From an uncultured Acidobacteriota bacterium (lineage in GTDB: Bacteria > Acidobacteriota > Thermoanaerobaculia > UBA5066 > DATFVB01): a stretch of 64,000 nt of DNA. Made by a program: the position numbers and the translations under genes. The notes under the pieces are model-generated. The model searched no databases. It saw only the letters and a list, made by a program, of their open reading frames with translations, and was not told the DNA's origin. The stretch spans positions 1 to 64,000 of the forward strand of contig CAWEYG010000004.1 in assembly GCA_963813155.1 (NCBI GenBank), in the 5' to 3' direction. Shown piece after piece: positions 8,889-17,661 of this stretch. How positions within the stretch are numbered: the first letter of the stretch is position 1; every line of letters begins with the position of its first letter.

Positions 8889-11576
8889 TCAGTTCGACCG
8901 CAGCGCGACCATCGGGTCGACCCGGGTCGCGCGCCGTCCGGGGAGCAGGCACGCGATCGCCGCGGTCGCGATGAGCGTCGCGGAGACCACAAGGAACGTC
9001 AGGGGATCCGTCGGCGCGACCGAGAACAAAAGCGCCGCGAGGACCCGCGTGAACGCGAAAGCGCCGACGAGCCCGATCGCGAGCCCCAGGAACACGGGCC
9101 GCATCGCCTGACGGACGACCATCTGGAGGACGTCGCCCTTCGACGCTCCGAGCGCCATGCGAATCCCGATCTCCCGCGTCCGCTGGCCGACCGAGAACGC
9201 GGTCACCGCGCCGATTCCGGCCGCGGCGATCGCGAGCGCGAGCAGGGCGAATCCGGAGAAAAGCGTCGTCGTCAGGCGCGGCGAATCGAGCGAGCTGTTC
9301 TTGAGACGTTCGAGGGTGTGCACGTCGCTCACGGGAGCCGTCCGGTCGAGCTCGTGAACGGCGGCGACGAGCTGGCGCGAGAGGCGCTCGGGGTCGGAGG
9401 CGGTGCGGATCAGCACCCGCATGATGCTGCCGCCGCCCTGGACGTACGGGATGTAGACCTCTTCGCCGGCGGGCTTGTCCAGCCCGAACTGCTTGACGTC
9501 GCCCACCACGCCGACGATGTCGCGCCACCGGACCGGCTGGCCGCCGATGTTGATCCGGTGGCCGACGGCGGCTCCCTCGCCGCCGAAATAGCGGCGGGCG
9601 AAGGCCGCGTTCACGATCGCGACCAGCGGCGCCGGCGGGCCGTCCGAGCTGCCGAAGGCGGCCGGGACCTCGTGTTCCGTGAAGCTTCGTCCGTGCAGAA
9701 GGGGGATGCCGACGACCGGAAAGAACGGCGGGCTCACGATCTGCGGGTAAACCTGCGGCGGGGCGGCGCCGGCCGGCGACGGCCGGCCTTCGATGTCGAA
9801 CGAGGAGTTCCACGGCGTCCCGCCGGAGAGCGGGAACGCGGAAGCGATCGCGACTCCCCGAACGCCCGGGAACCCGGCGATTTTCTCGAGGAGGCGGTCG
9901 TAGACGGCGCGGGACTTCTCCGGCGTCGTGTACCGGGACCAGTCGAGCGAAACGCGGGCGGTCAGAACGTTCTCGGGCGCGAAACCGGGATCGACGCGCG
10001 AGAGGCGGACCAGACTCTTGACGAGGAGGCCCGCGGCCACGAGCAGGACGAGAGACACGGCGACCTGGGGGACGACGAGAAGCCCGTTGCCGCGCCGCCC
10101 GCCGGCGGCCATGCGGCCTTCGTCGGAGTCCTTCAGTGCCCCGGCGAGATTGCGCGTCCCGCGCAGCGCCGGGATCGCGCCGAAGGCGACTCCGGTTACG
10201 AGGGACACCAGGAGCGTGAAGAGCAACACCCTTCCGTCGATCGAGATCTCCGCCGCGCGGGGCGTGAACCGCGAGGCAAAAGAAACCAGGAAGTGGCGCG
10301 AGAGCGCCGCGATCCCGATCCCCAGCACGCCGCCGGCGAGAGCGATCATCGTGCACTCGGTCACGAGCTGGCGCAGGATCCGCGCGCGTCCGGCGCCAAT
10401 CGCCGCGCGGACGGCGAGCTCTCGCCTCCGGCGCGAGAGCCGCGCGAGCGTGAGGTTCGCGACGTTCGCGCAGGCGATGAGGAGCACGAAGCCCGCCGTC
10501 GCGAGGAGCGCGACGAATGTGAGGCGCGCGTTTCTCGTGAGCTCGTCTCGCAGCGGCCGGGCATCCATGGTCGAGCGCGCGCCGGACGGGTAGTCCGAGG
10601 GATACTGGGTCTTCAAGCGTTCGGCGATCAGCGACAGCTCGCGGCGGGCGCTTTCGGGCGTCGCGCGGGGCGCGAGCCTTCCGAAAACGTTGAGTCCCCG
10701 GCTTCCGCGGCTCGAGTCCCATTGCTTGTCGGCGCGGAACGGGCAGGCGGAAACGGGCATGTAGACGTCGTTTTCGTCGGGGTACTGCGGGACGGCCGGC
10801 AGGACGCCCACCACGAGGTGGGGCTTGTCGTTCATCTCGAAGGTCTTGCCGACGATTTTCGGATCGCCTCCGAGAGTGTTCTGCCAGAAGTCATGCGAAA
10901 GCACGAGCACCGGCGCCGCGCCGTGGCCGTCCTCGCCGGGCCGGAACGTGCGCCCGAGGACGGGGCGGACGCCGAGCAGGTCGAAGAACGACGCCGAGAC
11001 GACGCCCGTCCGGACGCGGATCGGGTCTCCATGTCCCAGGAGGGTGAATTCCATGTTGTGGTACTCGGCGACCGTGTCGAGGGTGCGGCTTTGCGCGGCG
11101 ATGTCGCGAACTTCGGGAGGGGAGAACTGTGCGTCGTCGACGCCGGCTCCCGGCGCCGGCTGCCGCAGGATGAGCAGTCGGCTTTCGTTCGCAAATGGAA
11201 GCGGGCGGAGGAGGATCGCGTTGACGGCGGAGAAGAACGCCGAGTTGACGCCGATGCCGAGACCGAGGGTTGCGATCGCGACGGCGGCCGAGCCCGGGCT
11301 CTTCTGCACCATTCTCCATCCGTACCGGAGATCCTGTGTCAGCGATTCGAGCCGCGGCAGGCCGCGCGAATCGCCGCTTTCGTCCTTCACTCTTTCGACG
11401 CCGCCGAACTCCACGAGTGCCCGCCGCCGGGCTTCGCCGGGAGAAGTCCCCGACTGGACGAGCTGGGCGGTTCGCATTTCCAGATGGAAACGGATCTCGG
11501 CGTCGAGCTCGCCGCGAAGCCTTTCGCGTCGAACGATGCTCAGAATGCGGGAACGCAGGCGTCGGAAGAAGCTCAT
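8889..11576 (-). CDS. Duplicated orphan ABC permease (ADOP-type, two MacB_PCD/FtsX units)
   Basis: ELDAEIRFHLEM prefix, QDLRYGWRM, LLIACANVANL, RTREIGIRMALGA, RATRVDPMVALR. ATG overlaps the PadR stop (ATGA). Confidence 0.92.
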   Translation of the reverse strand: MSFFRRLRSRILSIVRRERLRGELDAEIRFHLEMRTAQLVQSGTSPGEARRRALVEFGGVERVKDESGDSRGLPRLESLTQDLRYGWRMVQKSPGSAAVAIATLGLGIGVNSAFFSAVNAILLRPLPFANESRLLILRQPAPGAGVDDAQFSPPEVRDIAAQSRTLDTVAEYHNMEFTLLGHGDPIRVRTGVVSASFFDLLGVRPVLGRTFRPGEDGHGAAPVLVLSHDFWQNTLGGDPKIVGKTFEMNDKPHLVVGVLPAVPQYPDENDVYMPVSACPFRADKQWDSSRGSRGLNVFGRLAPRATPESARRELSLIAERLKTQYPSDYPSGARSTMDARPLRDELTRNARLTFVALLATAGFVLLIACANVANLTLARLSRRRRELAVRAAIGAGRARILRQLVTECTMIALAGGVLGIGIAALSRHFLVSFASRFTPRAAEISIDGRVLLFTLLVSLVTGVAFGAIPALRGTRNLAGALKDSDEGRMAAGGRRGNGLLVVPQVAVSLVLLVAAGLLVKSLVRLSRVDPGFAPENVLTARVSLDWSRYTTPEKSRAVYDRLLEKIAGFPGVRGVAIASAFPLSGGTPWNSSFDIEGRPSPAGAAPPQVYPQIVSPPFFPVVGIPLLHGRSFTEHEVPAAFGSSDGPPAPLVAIVNAAFARRYFGGEGAAVGHRINIGGQPVRWRDIVGVVGDVKQFGLDKPAGEEVYIPYVQGGGSIMRVLIRTASDPERLSRQLVAAVHELDRTAPVSDVHTLERLKNSSLDSPRLTTTLFSGFALLALAIAAAGIGAVTAFSVGQRTREIGIRMALGASKGDVLQMVVRQAMRPVFLGLAIGLVGAFAFTRVLAALLFSVAPTDPLTFLVVSATLIATAAIACLLPGRRATRVDPMVALRSN

Positions 11577-11932
11577 GAGGCCCTCTCCTCTCCGGCGAGC
11601 CGAAGCACCCGGCCGACGGCCTCGGAGAGGCGGTGCCAGTTCTCCGTCTCCCGCTCCAGCTGGTTTCGGCCGGTTTTCGTCAGGGTGTAGAACTTGGCCT
11701 GTCGGTTGTTCTCGGAGACGCCCCATTCGGCCTGGATCCATCCCGCGACTTCGAGCCGCGCGAGCGCCGGGTAGAGCGAGCCCTGGTTGACCTGCAGGAC
11801 GTCGCGGGAAATCTGCTGGATTCGCTGCGAGATGCCCCATCCGTGCATCGGGCAGAGCGACAGCGTTCTCAGGATCAGCAGGTCGAGCGTACCCTGCAGC
11901 AGGTCGGATTTCGTTTCGATTCGAGGCTTCAT
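11573..11932 (-). CDS. PadR family transcriptional regulator (acidobacterial type)
   Basis: LLQGTLDLLILRTL..PMHGWGI..VNQGSLYPAL..WGVSENNRQAKFYTLT. Confidence 0.93.
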   Translation of the reverse strand: MKPRIETKSDLLQGTLDLLILRTLSLCPMHGWGISQRIQQISRDVLQVNQGSLYPALARLEVAGWIQAEWGVSENNRQAKFYTLTKTGRNQLERETENWHRLSEAVGRVLRLAGEERAS

Positions 11933-11937
11933 CGGTT

Positions 11938-11996
11938 TTCTCCTAGACGTTCTACAGGAGAGAGGGTGCACTGCTCCTGTCGAATGTCAAGAGGAG
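11938..11996 (-). promoter_or_regulatory. PadR promoter with paired inverted operator sites
   Basis: TTCTCCTAGACGTTCTACAGGAG (11938-11960) resembles the reverse complement of CTCCTGTCGAATGTCAAGAGGAG (11974-11996). The second site contains a perfect TTGACA on the minus strand (11985-11990). Confidence 0.65.
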
Positions 11997-12011
11997 AGAA
12001 CGCCGACGTCG

Positions 12012-13355
12012 TTAAGTCTTCTGGACGAACGCGATCGCCTCCGCGATCGGCTTCGGCCGGGCGAGGAGGTATCCCTGTCCGAGCGGGACGCCGAGGTCGA
12101 TGAGCGTCGCGAGCTCTTCGGCGGTTTCGATCCCCTCGGCGATGACTTCCGTGTCCGTTTTCCGGGCGAACGAGAGCATCGCGTCGAGGAGGTCGCGCTT
12201 GATCTTGTGGCGGTGAATCTCGTGGACGAAGACGCTGTCGAACTTCAGGTAATCGGGCTCGATCTCGGCGAGCGAGGAGAACGACGCGTAGCCCGTGCCC
12301 ATGTCGTCGACGGCGATTCGGAAGCCCTCGCGCCGCAGCTCGGTGATGACGTGCTTGAAGAGGTCGTGGTGGAGGGCGTACGTGCGCTCCGTGATTTCCA
12401 GAACGATCCGGGAGGGCTCGAAGTGCTTTTCCCGCACGAGCACTTCGAAGGCGCCATCCAGGAATTCGCGGTCGGACGCGGCGGCGGGCGACAGGTTGAT
12501 GAAGAGAAGCTGGCGTCCGCGAATCGGTCCCGCCTCCTCGAGGATCCGGCGGCGGCAGACCCTCTCCAGGGGAAGCAGGAGATCGGCGACTTCGGCGAAG
12601 GAGAACAGCGACTCGCCATCCTCGAAACCGCTGCCCTGCGGCCCCCAGGAGAGCGCCTCGAAGGCGACCACCTCGCGCGACGAAAGACCGAAGATCGGCT
12701 GGAACACGGGATAGATGCGGCCTTCGGCGATGATCGACCGGAGCACCTCCGTGCCGCGGACTTCCGCCCGCGCGCTCCGGTCGTTTCCCTGGCCGCGGGC
12801 CTCCCGGATGCCGCGGTAGATCAGCCGCTCCACCCGCACTTTCGGGTCCGAAAGGATCACGGAGCTGCCGACGTAGTTGCGGAACCGCTCCGAGCTGGGC
12901 AGGCGCTGAGACAGGAAATCCCTCACGTAGGTGTCGAGAAGGCGGGTTCGCGCCGCGAGGTCGGCGTCGATCGCCTCGCCCCGATCGGAGTCCAGCCGGA
13001 CGAACAGGAAGACCTCGTCGGAACGGACCGCGGGCACGCACAGGATCCCCTCCGGAACGCGGCCTCCGCCCCGGTCGGCCCGAACGGACCGGATGAATTC
13101 CACGACGAGCCGGTCGTACGCCTGCCATCCCCAGGATTCTTCGAGCTGCTGTTCGACGTGGAGCGAGAGGGTGAAGATTCCGACGGGCGAGCCTTCTTCG
13201 AGCTGGCGCCGAAGGTCGTCGACGACGCCGGCGAGAGTCGGCAGACCGGAATCGGGGTCGTGAAGCCGCGCGCGGAATTGGAGCCACTCGGCGCGAAGCC
13301 GCCGGGCGTCCTCTTCCCGCTCGCGCTCGGCCGCGGTCGGCGTTTCCGCGCTCAT
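12012..13355 (-). CDS. EAL-domain c-di-GMP phosphodiesterase-like protein with degenerate GGDEF-like N-terminus
   Basis: PVFQPIF..FEALS, LFINLS, LEITER, AVDDMGTGYAS, YLKFD, IAEGIET, GQGYLLARP. N-terminal DPDSGLP and RSDEV in place of GGDEF. Confidence 0.88.
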   Translation of the reverse strand: MSAETPTAAEREREEDARRLRAEWLQFRARLHDPDSGLPTLAGVVDDLRRQLEEGSPVGIFTLSLHVEQQLEESWGWQAYDRLVVEFIRSVRADRGGGRVPEGILCVPAVRSDEVFLFVRLDSDRGEAIDADLAARTRLLDTYVRDFLSQRLPSSERFRNYVGSSVILSDPKVRVERLIYRGIREARGQGNDRSARAEVRGTEVLRSIIAEGRIYPVFQPIFGLSSREVVAFEALSWGPQGSGFEDGESLFSFAEVADLLLPLERVCRRRILEEAGPIRGRQLLFINLSPAAASDREFLDGAFEVLVREKHFEPSRIVLEITERTYALHHDLFKHVITELRREGFRIAVDDMGTGYASFSSLAEIEPDYLKFDSVFVHEIHRHKIKRDLLDAMLSFARKTDTEVIAEGIETAEELATLIDLGVPLGQGYLLARPKPIAEAIAFVQKT

Positions 13356-13741
13356 GCCGTCTTCCCGAGAATCGCCCGCACCTCGGCCACGATCTCCGCC
13401 GGCGAGAACGGTTTCTCGACGTACGACACGGCTCCCTCCTGGAGGCCAATGATCTTGTCGCGCCCTTCGGTTCGGGCGGAAACCATCGCGACGGGAATCC
13501 GGGCCGTGCGCTCGTCGGCGCGAAGCGCTTTCAAAACCTGCCAGCCGTCCATTTCCGGCATCATCACGTCCAGCAGGATGAGATCCGGGGTCCGGTCGTA
13601 GGCGAGCGTGAGCGCCGTCTTCCCGTCGCCCGCGACGAGCGTCCGAAATCCCTCCTTTTCGAACACGACCGAGAGGAGATCGAGCACGTCGTCTTCGTCG
13701 TCCACGATGAGAATCGTTTGTCTCGCCGGGGTTTCGGTCAT
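13352..13741 (-). CDS. Single-domain response regulator
   Basis: ILIVDDE, LILLDVMMPEMDG, YVEKPF. ATGA overlaps with both neighbours. Confidence 0.9.
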   Translation of the reverse strand: MTETPARQTILIVDDEDDVLDLLSVVFEKEGFRTLVAGDGKTALTLAYDRTPDLILLDVMMPEMDGWQVLKALRADERTARIPVAMVSARTEGRDKIIGLQEGAVSYVEKPFSPAEIVAEVRAILGKTA

Positions 13742-16044
13742 GGGTTTGCCTCCGCGGCGGGGGAGGGCGGCCGGATGATGTTTCGAATCTCGGAGAGCAG
13801 CCGCTCGAGCCCCGCGGTTTTGCCCAGATGGCTTCGGACGCCGAACTGCACGCTTTTCGCGACGTCGGCGGGCGTGTCCCGGGCGGACAGCACGATCACC
13901 GGAATCCCCGCGAAGGAAGATTCGCGGAGCCGGCGAAGAACCTCCCACCCCGTCATTCCCGGCATCATCAGGTCGAGGAGAATCAGGTCCGGCGCTTCGG
14001 TCTCGAGGGAGGAGAGCGCTTCCTCGCCGGAAGAGGCGACCACCACGCGGTATCCCTGGCTCGTCAGAGCGTCGGAGAGGTAACCGGTCACGTCGGGCTC
14101 GTCGTCGACGACCAGGATCGTGGACGGCCGGCGAAGGGATTCGCTCCGCGCGAGGGCCGTCGCAACGGCCTCGACGAGAACTCCCCCCTCGACCGGCTTC
14201 AACAGGTAATTTTCCGCCCCGAGCCGGAAGCCTTCCGCCTTCTCGTTGACGACGGACACCAGGAGCGTGGGAATGTCCCGCGTCCGGGGATCGTCTTTCA
14301 GCGTCTTCAGGACTTCGAACCCGTTTCCATCCGGGAGGTAGACGTCGAGGAGAATCAGCTCGGGCGGCTTCGTTCTCGCCATCTCGATTCCCTGTTCGGC
14401 CGTCGTCGCGACCGTCACGGTCCGGCCCTCGGACTCGAGAGAATCCGCGAGATAGGACAGGAAGTCGGGGTCGTCGTCGATCGCGAGGATCGTCGCGGCT
14501 CGGACGGGCCCCGGGACGGCGGTGGGGATCGCGGCTTCGGAAATGCGGCCCGCCGAAACGGGAAGGGCGAATCGGAACCGTGTTCCCCCTCCCGGCCGCG
14601 CCTCGATGGAGATCGGAATGTTGTGCGCGTCGAGGATGGATTTGACGATCGCGAGGCCGAGCCCGACTCCTCCGAAGCGCCTCGCGGCGCCGGCCTCCAC
14701 CTGGTAGAACTTCGTGAAGACGCGGTCCCGGTCTTCTTCCTCGATGCCGATTCCATTGTCGGCGACGGTCACCTCCACCTCGCGATTGCCGCGGGAGAAC
14801 GACGCTTCGACCCAGACGTCTCCTCCGGGAGGGGTGAACTTGATCGCGTTGACGACGAGATTCTCGACGACCTGCGTCAACCGTTCCCGGTCTCCGAGAA
14901 CCGGCGGAAGGTCGTCCGAGACGCCGACGTGGAACGTGACTTTCTTCTTTCGGACCTCCGTTTCGAGCGAAGTCACGATCTGGCGGATGAGGAGCTCGAT
15001 CCGGAACGGCGCCGCGTTGATCGACACGCGGCCGAGCTCCATCCGCGAAAAATCGAGCAGCATGTTGATGTTCCGGTTGAGCCGGTCGATGTTTCGCAGG
15101 CAGATCGACAGCGCCCGGGCCTGCTCGGCGCTCACCGGGCCGAGGTTGCCGTCTCCCATGAACTCGACGTATCCGCGGATCGCGGAGAGGGGAGTGCGGA
15201 GCTCGTGGCTGACATTGGCGAGAAGGTCGGTTTTGAGCCGGTCGAGAGTCTTCAACTCCTCGTTCGCATGCTCGAGCTTCTGGACGTGCTCCTCGAGGCG
15301 TTTCGCCATGCGGTTGAACGTCTCGGCGAGCTCGTCGATCTCGAAGGAGGTCTCGTCGAGACGAATTTCGAGGTACCGGCCCTCGTCGAACGAGCGCACT
15401 CCGCGCGTGAGCTCTTCGATGGGACGCGCGACGCGGGTCGCGAGGCGGCGCGCGACGATGGCCATGACGACGAGCGACCCCAGGAGAAGGCCGCCGAAGG
15501 GAAGCACCATCGCCCTCATCGTCCGGAAGAGCGAGCGGTACGTGAAGACGTACAGGACCGAATACTGGTGGCGCCCCCATTCTTCCACGTACGGCGAGAC
15601 GATCAGGAGAATCCGCCCGAGGTTCGGATCGCGGGAGTGGAACACTCTCGAGCTGAGCTCGGCCGAGGCGCTGAGCAGCCGGTGGTCCGTCAGCCGGCGA
15701 ACCGGGTGCTCGGGCTGCAGGTTGTAGTCGATGCTCTCGAGGGAGTCGTAGAGGACTTCTCCGGATACGGAAAGGATCAGGATGCGGTGGACGTCCTCGT
15801 TCCACGCCATCGTCCGGCGGATGATCTCGCGAAACTTGTACGAGCCCGAGTGGTAGTAGACGCGGTACTCCTGGCAGATCTGGTCGTCGGTCGTCTGCGA
15901 GAACATGAGAGCGTTGTTTTCCAGGAGCTTTTTCTGGTCGCGGTACCGCACGAACACCATCGTCGCCGCGACGAGGATCAGGAGGACTCCCGTCACCCCG
16001 GAGAGGACGAGCTCGAAGCGGCGCTTCAGAGATCGCGTTCTCAT
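13738..16044 (-). CDS. Hybrid sensor histidine kinase (periplasmic sensor, HAMP, HisKA, HATPase, two receiver domains)
   Basis: Two TM segments around a ~150-aa domain, HAMP (EIDELAETFNRM), VSHELRTPL, NLVVNAIKFT, DNGIGI, GVGLGLAI, and two REC domains. Confidence 0.92.
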   Translation of the reverse strand: MRTRSLKRRFELVLSGVTGVLLILVAATMVFVRYRDQKKLLENNALMFSQTTDDQICQEYRVYYHSGSYKFREIIRRTMAWNEDVHRILILSVSGEVLYDSLESIDYNLQPEHPVRRLTDHRLLSASAELSSRVFHSRDPNLGRILLIVSPYVEEWGRHQYSVLYVFTYRSLFRTMRAMVLPFGGLLLGSLVVMAIVARRLATRVARPIEELTRGVRSFDEGRYLEIRLDETSFEIDELAETFNRMAKRLEEHVQKLEHANEELKTLDRLKTDLLANVSHELRTPLSAIRGYVEFMGDGNLGPVSAEQARALSICLRNIDRLNRNINMLLDFSRMELGRVSINAAPFRIELLIRQIVTSLETEVRKKKVTFHVGVSDDLPPVLGDRERLTQVVENLVVNAIKFTPPGGDVWVEASFSRGNREVEVTVADNGIGIEEEDRDRVFTKFYQVEAGAARRFGGVGLGLAIVKSILDAHNIPISIEARPGGGTRFRFALPVSAGRISEAAIPTAVPGPVRAATILAIDDDPDFLSYLADSLESEGRTVTVATTAEQGIEMARTKPPELILLDVYLPDGNGFEVLKTLKDDPRTRDIPTLLVSVVNEKAEGFRLGAENYLLKPVEGGVLVEAVATALARSESLRRPSTILVVDDEPDVTGYLSDALTSQGYRVVVASSGEEALSSLETEAPDLILLDLMMPGMTGWEVLRRLRESSFAGIPVIVLSARDTPADVAKSVQFGVRSHLGKTAGLERLLSEIRNIIRPPSPAAEANP

Positions 16045-16048
16045 CGCT

Positions 16049-17575
16049 TCAGGGCACGGACACGTCGGGGACCCAGATTTCCCCGTCGGCCCGCGGCTCC
16101 CACGACACGTCCGGACTGAGGACGTAGCGATCTTCCTGGATGAAGAGGGGAATCAGGGGAAGATCGTCGACCGCCATCGCCATCGCGCGCTTCTCGATCT
16201 CGATTCGGGCTCCGGAATCGATCGTCGTCAGGATCTGCTCGATCATCCGGTCCAGCGCGGGGTTCGAATAGGCCGTCCCGTTGTCCCGCCCGAGGCCGCC
16301 GTTCGCCTCGCGGGTGTGGAGGGACGATTCAAAGAGCTCGGCCGAGTCTCCCGACGAGCAGATCCAGCCGGTCACGTGGAGGTCGGAGAGTCCCTTGTCG
16401 ATGCGCTCGAGAAATTCCGCCTTTTTCCAGGTGCGAATGCTCAGCCGAATGCCGGCCTCGCCGAGCTCGCCGACGATCTCCTGGACGACCGGGCTCTGGG
16501 AATCCACCCGTTCGTCGAGAGTCAGGTCGAGTCCGCGCGGGTGGCCGGCTTCGGCGAGGAGCTTTCGCGCCGCGGGGAGATCGCGGGCCGGCGTCGCCAG
16601 CGAAGGGTTGAAGCCGATGACATCGGGAGGGACGTACTGCGTCGCGGGGAATCCGTGATTCGACGCCCCCCGGCTGAGGATTTCCTTGAGATCGAGCGAC
16701 AGGCGGATCGCCTTCCGCACTCGCACATCCGAGAGGGGGTTGTCCGGGCGGGGCGACACGTTCATGCCGATGTAGGACACCGACAGGCTGGGACGGGCGA
16801 TGAGGCGGATGCGCCGGTCTCCCAGGTGCTCCTCCCATCCCTGGCGCGGACCCTCGAGAAGAATCAAGGGGCGGACGTTCGTGGCGACCCGCCAGCGATC
16901 TTCCGGGGAAGAGACGGTGAGAAACTTCACCCGTCCGACGGCCGGCCGGCCGGCCCAGTAATCGGGGAAAGCCGCCATCTCGATCGTGTCGCCCGGACGC
17001 CAGCTCACGAACCGGTACGGCCCGGTCCCGACCGGATGCCGGAGAAACTCGCTTTCGCCCTCCTCCTGCATCCTCTTCTTCGGAAGGATATAGATGAAAG
17101 AGAGCCGGGTGAGAAGCGGGGTCGGCTGCTCGGTCTGAATTTCCACGGTGAGAGGATCCGGGGCAATGACTTCCCGGATCCCGGTCAGGAAGGGAAAAAT
17201 CTCCGATTGGGGATTCTGGAGGACCCGCCGGAAAGTGAACACGACGTCGTCGCTCGTCAGGGGAGATCCGTCGTGGAACCGGACTCCGGGGCGGAGGTGG
17301 ATCCTCCAGGTCTTCTCGTTCGGATTCTCCCAGCGAACGGCCAGGCTCGGCTGGAGAGTCATGTGCTGGTCGAATCGCAGGAGCGAGTCGAAGAGGTTCA
17401 TCGAGACCGTGTCGTTGACGACTTCGAATTTGCTGTTCGGATCGAGGGTCAGGATGTCCGAGCCCTGAACGACCGTGAGGGTCGTCTTCGCGCCACGGGG
17501 AGCGCACGCGGGCGCGAGGGCCAGACATCCCAGCCACAGGACGCGCGCAGCGCTCCTCGCTCCAAATGGTTTCAT
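16049..17575 (-). CDS. Family 5 (DppA/OppA-like) solute-binding lipoprotein
   Basis: Lipobox-like LAPAC, LRPGVRFHDGSPLTSDDVVFT, HPVGTGPY, DVRVRKAI. Confidence 0.88.
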   Translation of the reverse strand: MKPFGARSAARVLWLGCLALAPACAPRGAKTTLTVVQGSDILTLDPNSKFEVVNDTVSMNLFDSLLRFDQHMTLQPSLAVRWENPNEKTWRIHLRPGVRFHDGSPLTSDDVVFTFRRVLQNPQSEIFPFLTGIREVIAPDPLTVEIQTEQPTPLLTRLSFIYILPKKRMQEEGESEFLRHPVGTGPYRFVSWRPGDTIEMAAFPDYWAGRPAVGRVKFLTVSSPEDRWRVATNVRPLILLEGPRQGWEEHLGDRRIRLIARPSLSVSYIGMNVSPRPDNPLSDVRVRKAIRLSLDLKEILSRGASNHGFPATQYVPPDVIGFNPSLATPARDLPAARKLLAEAGHPRGLDLTLDERVDSQSPVVQEIVGELGEAGIRLSIRTWKKAEFLERIDKGLSDLHVTGWICSSGDSAELFESSLHTREANGGLGRDNGTAYSNPALDRMIEQILTTIDSGARIEIEKRAMAMAVDDLPLIPLFIQEDRYVLSPDVSWEPRADGEIWVPDVSVP

Positions 17576-17661
17576 CGTGCCGCTCTGGTGAAGGGAAGTA
17601 TAGCATCGCGCTCTCGAGCCGGGCCGGGTGTAGAATCGCACTCGACGAAGGCCGATCTCAA

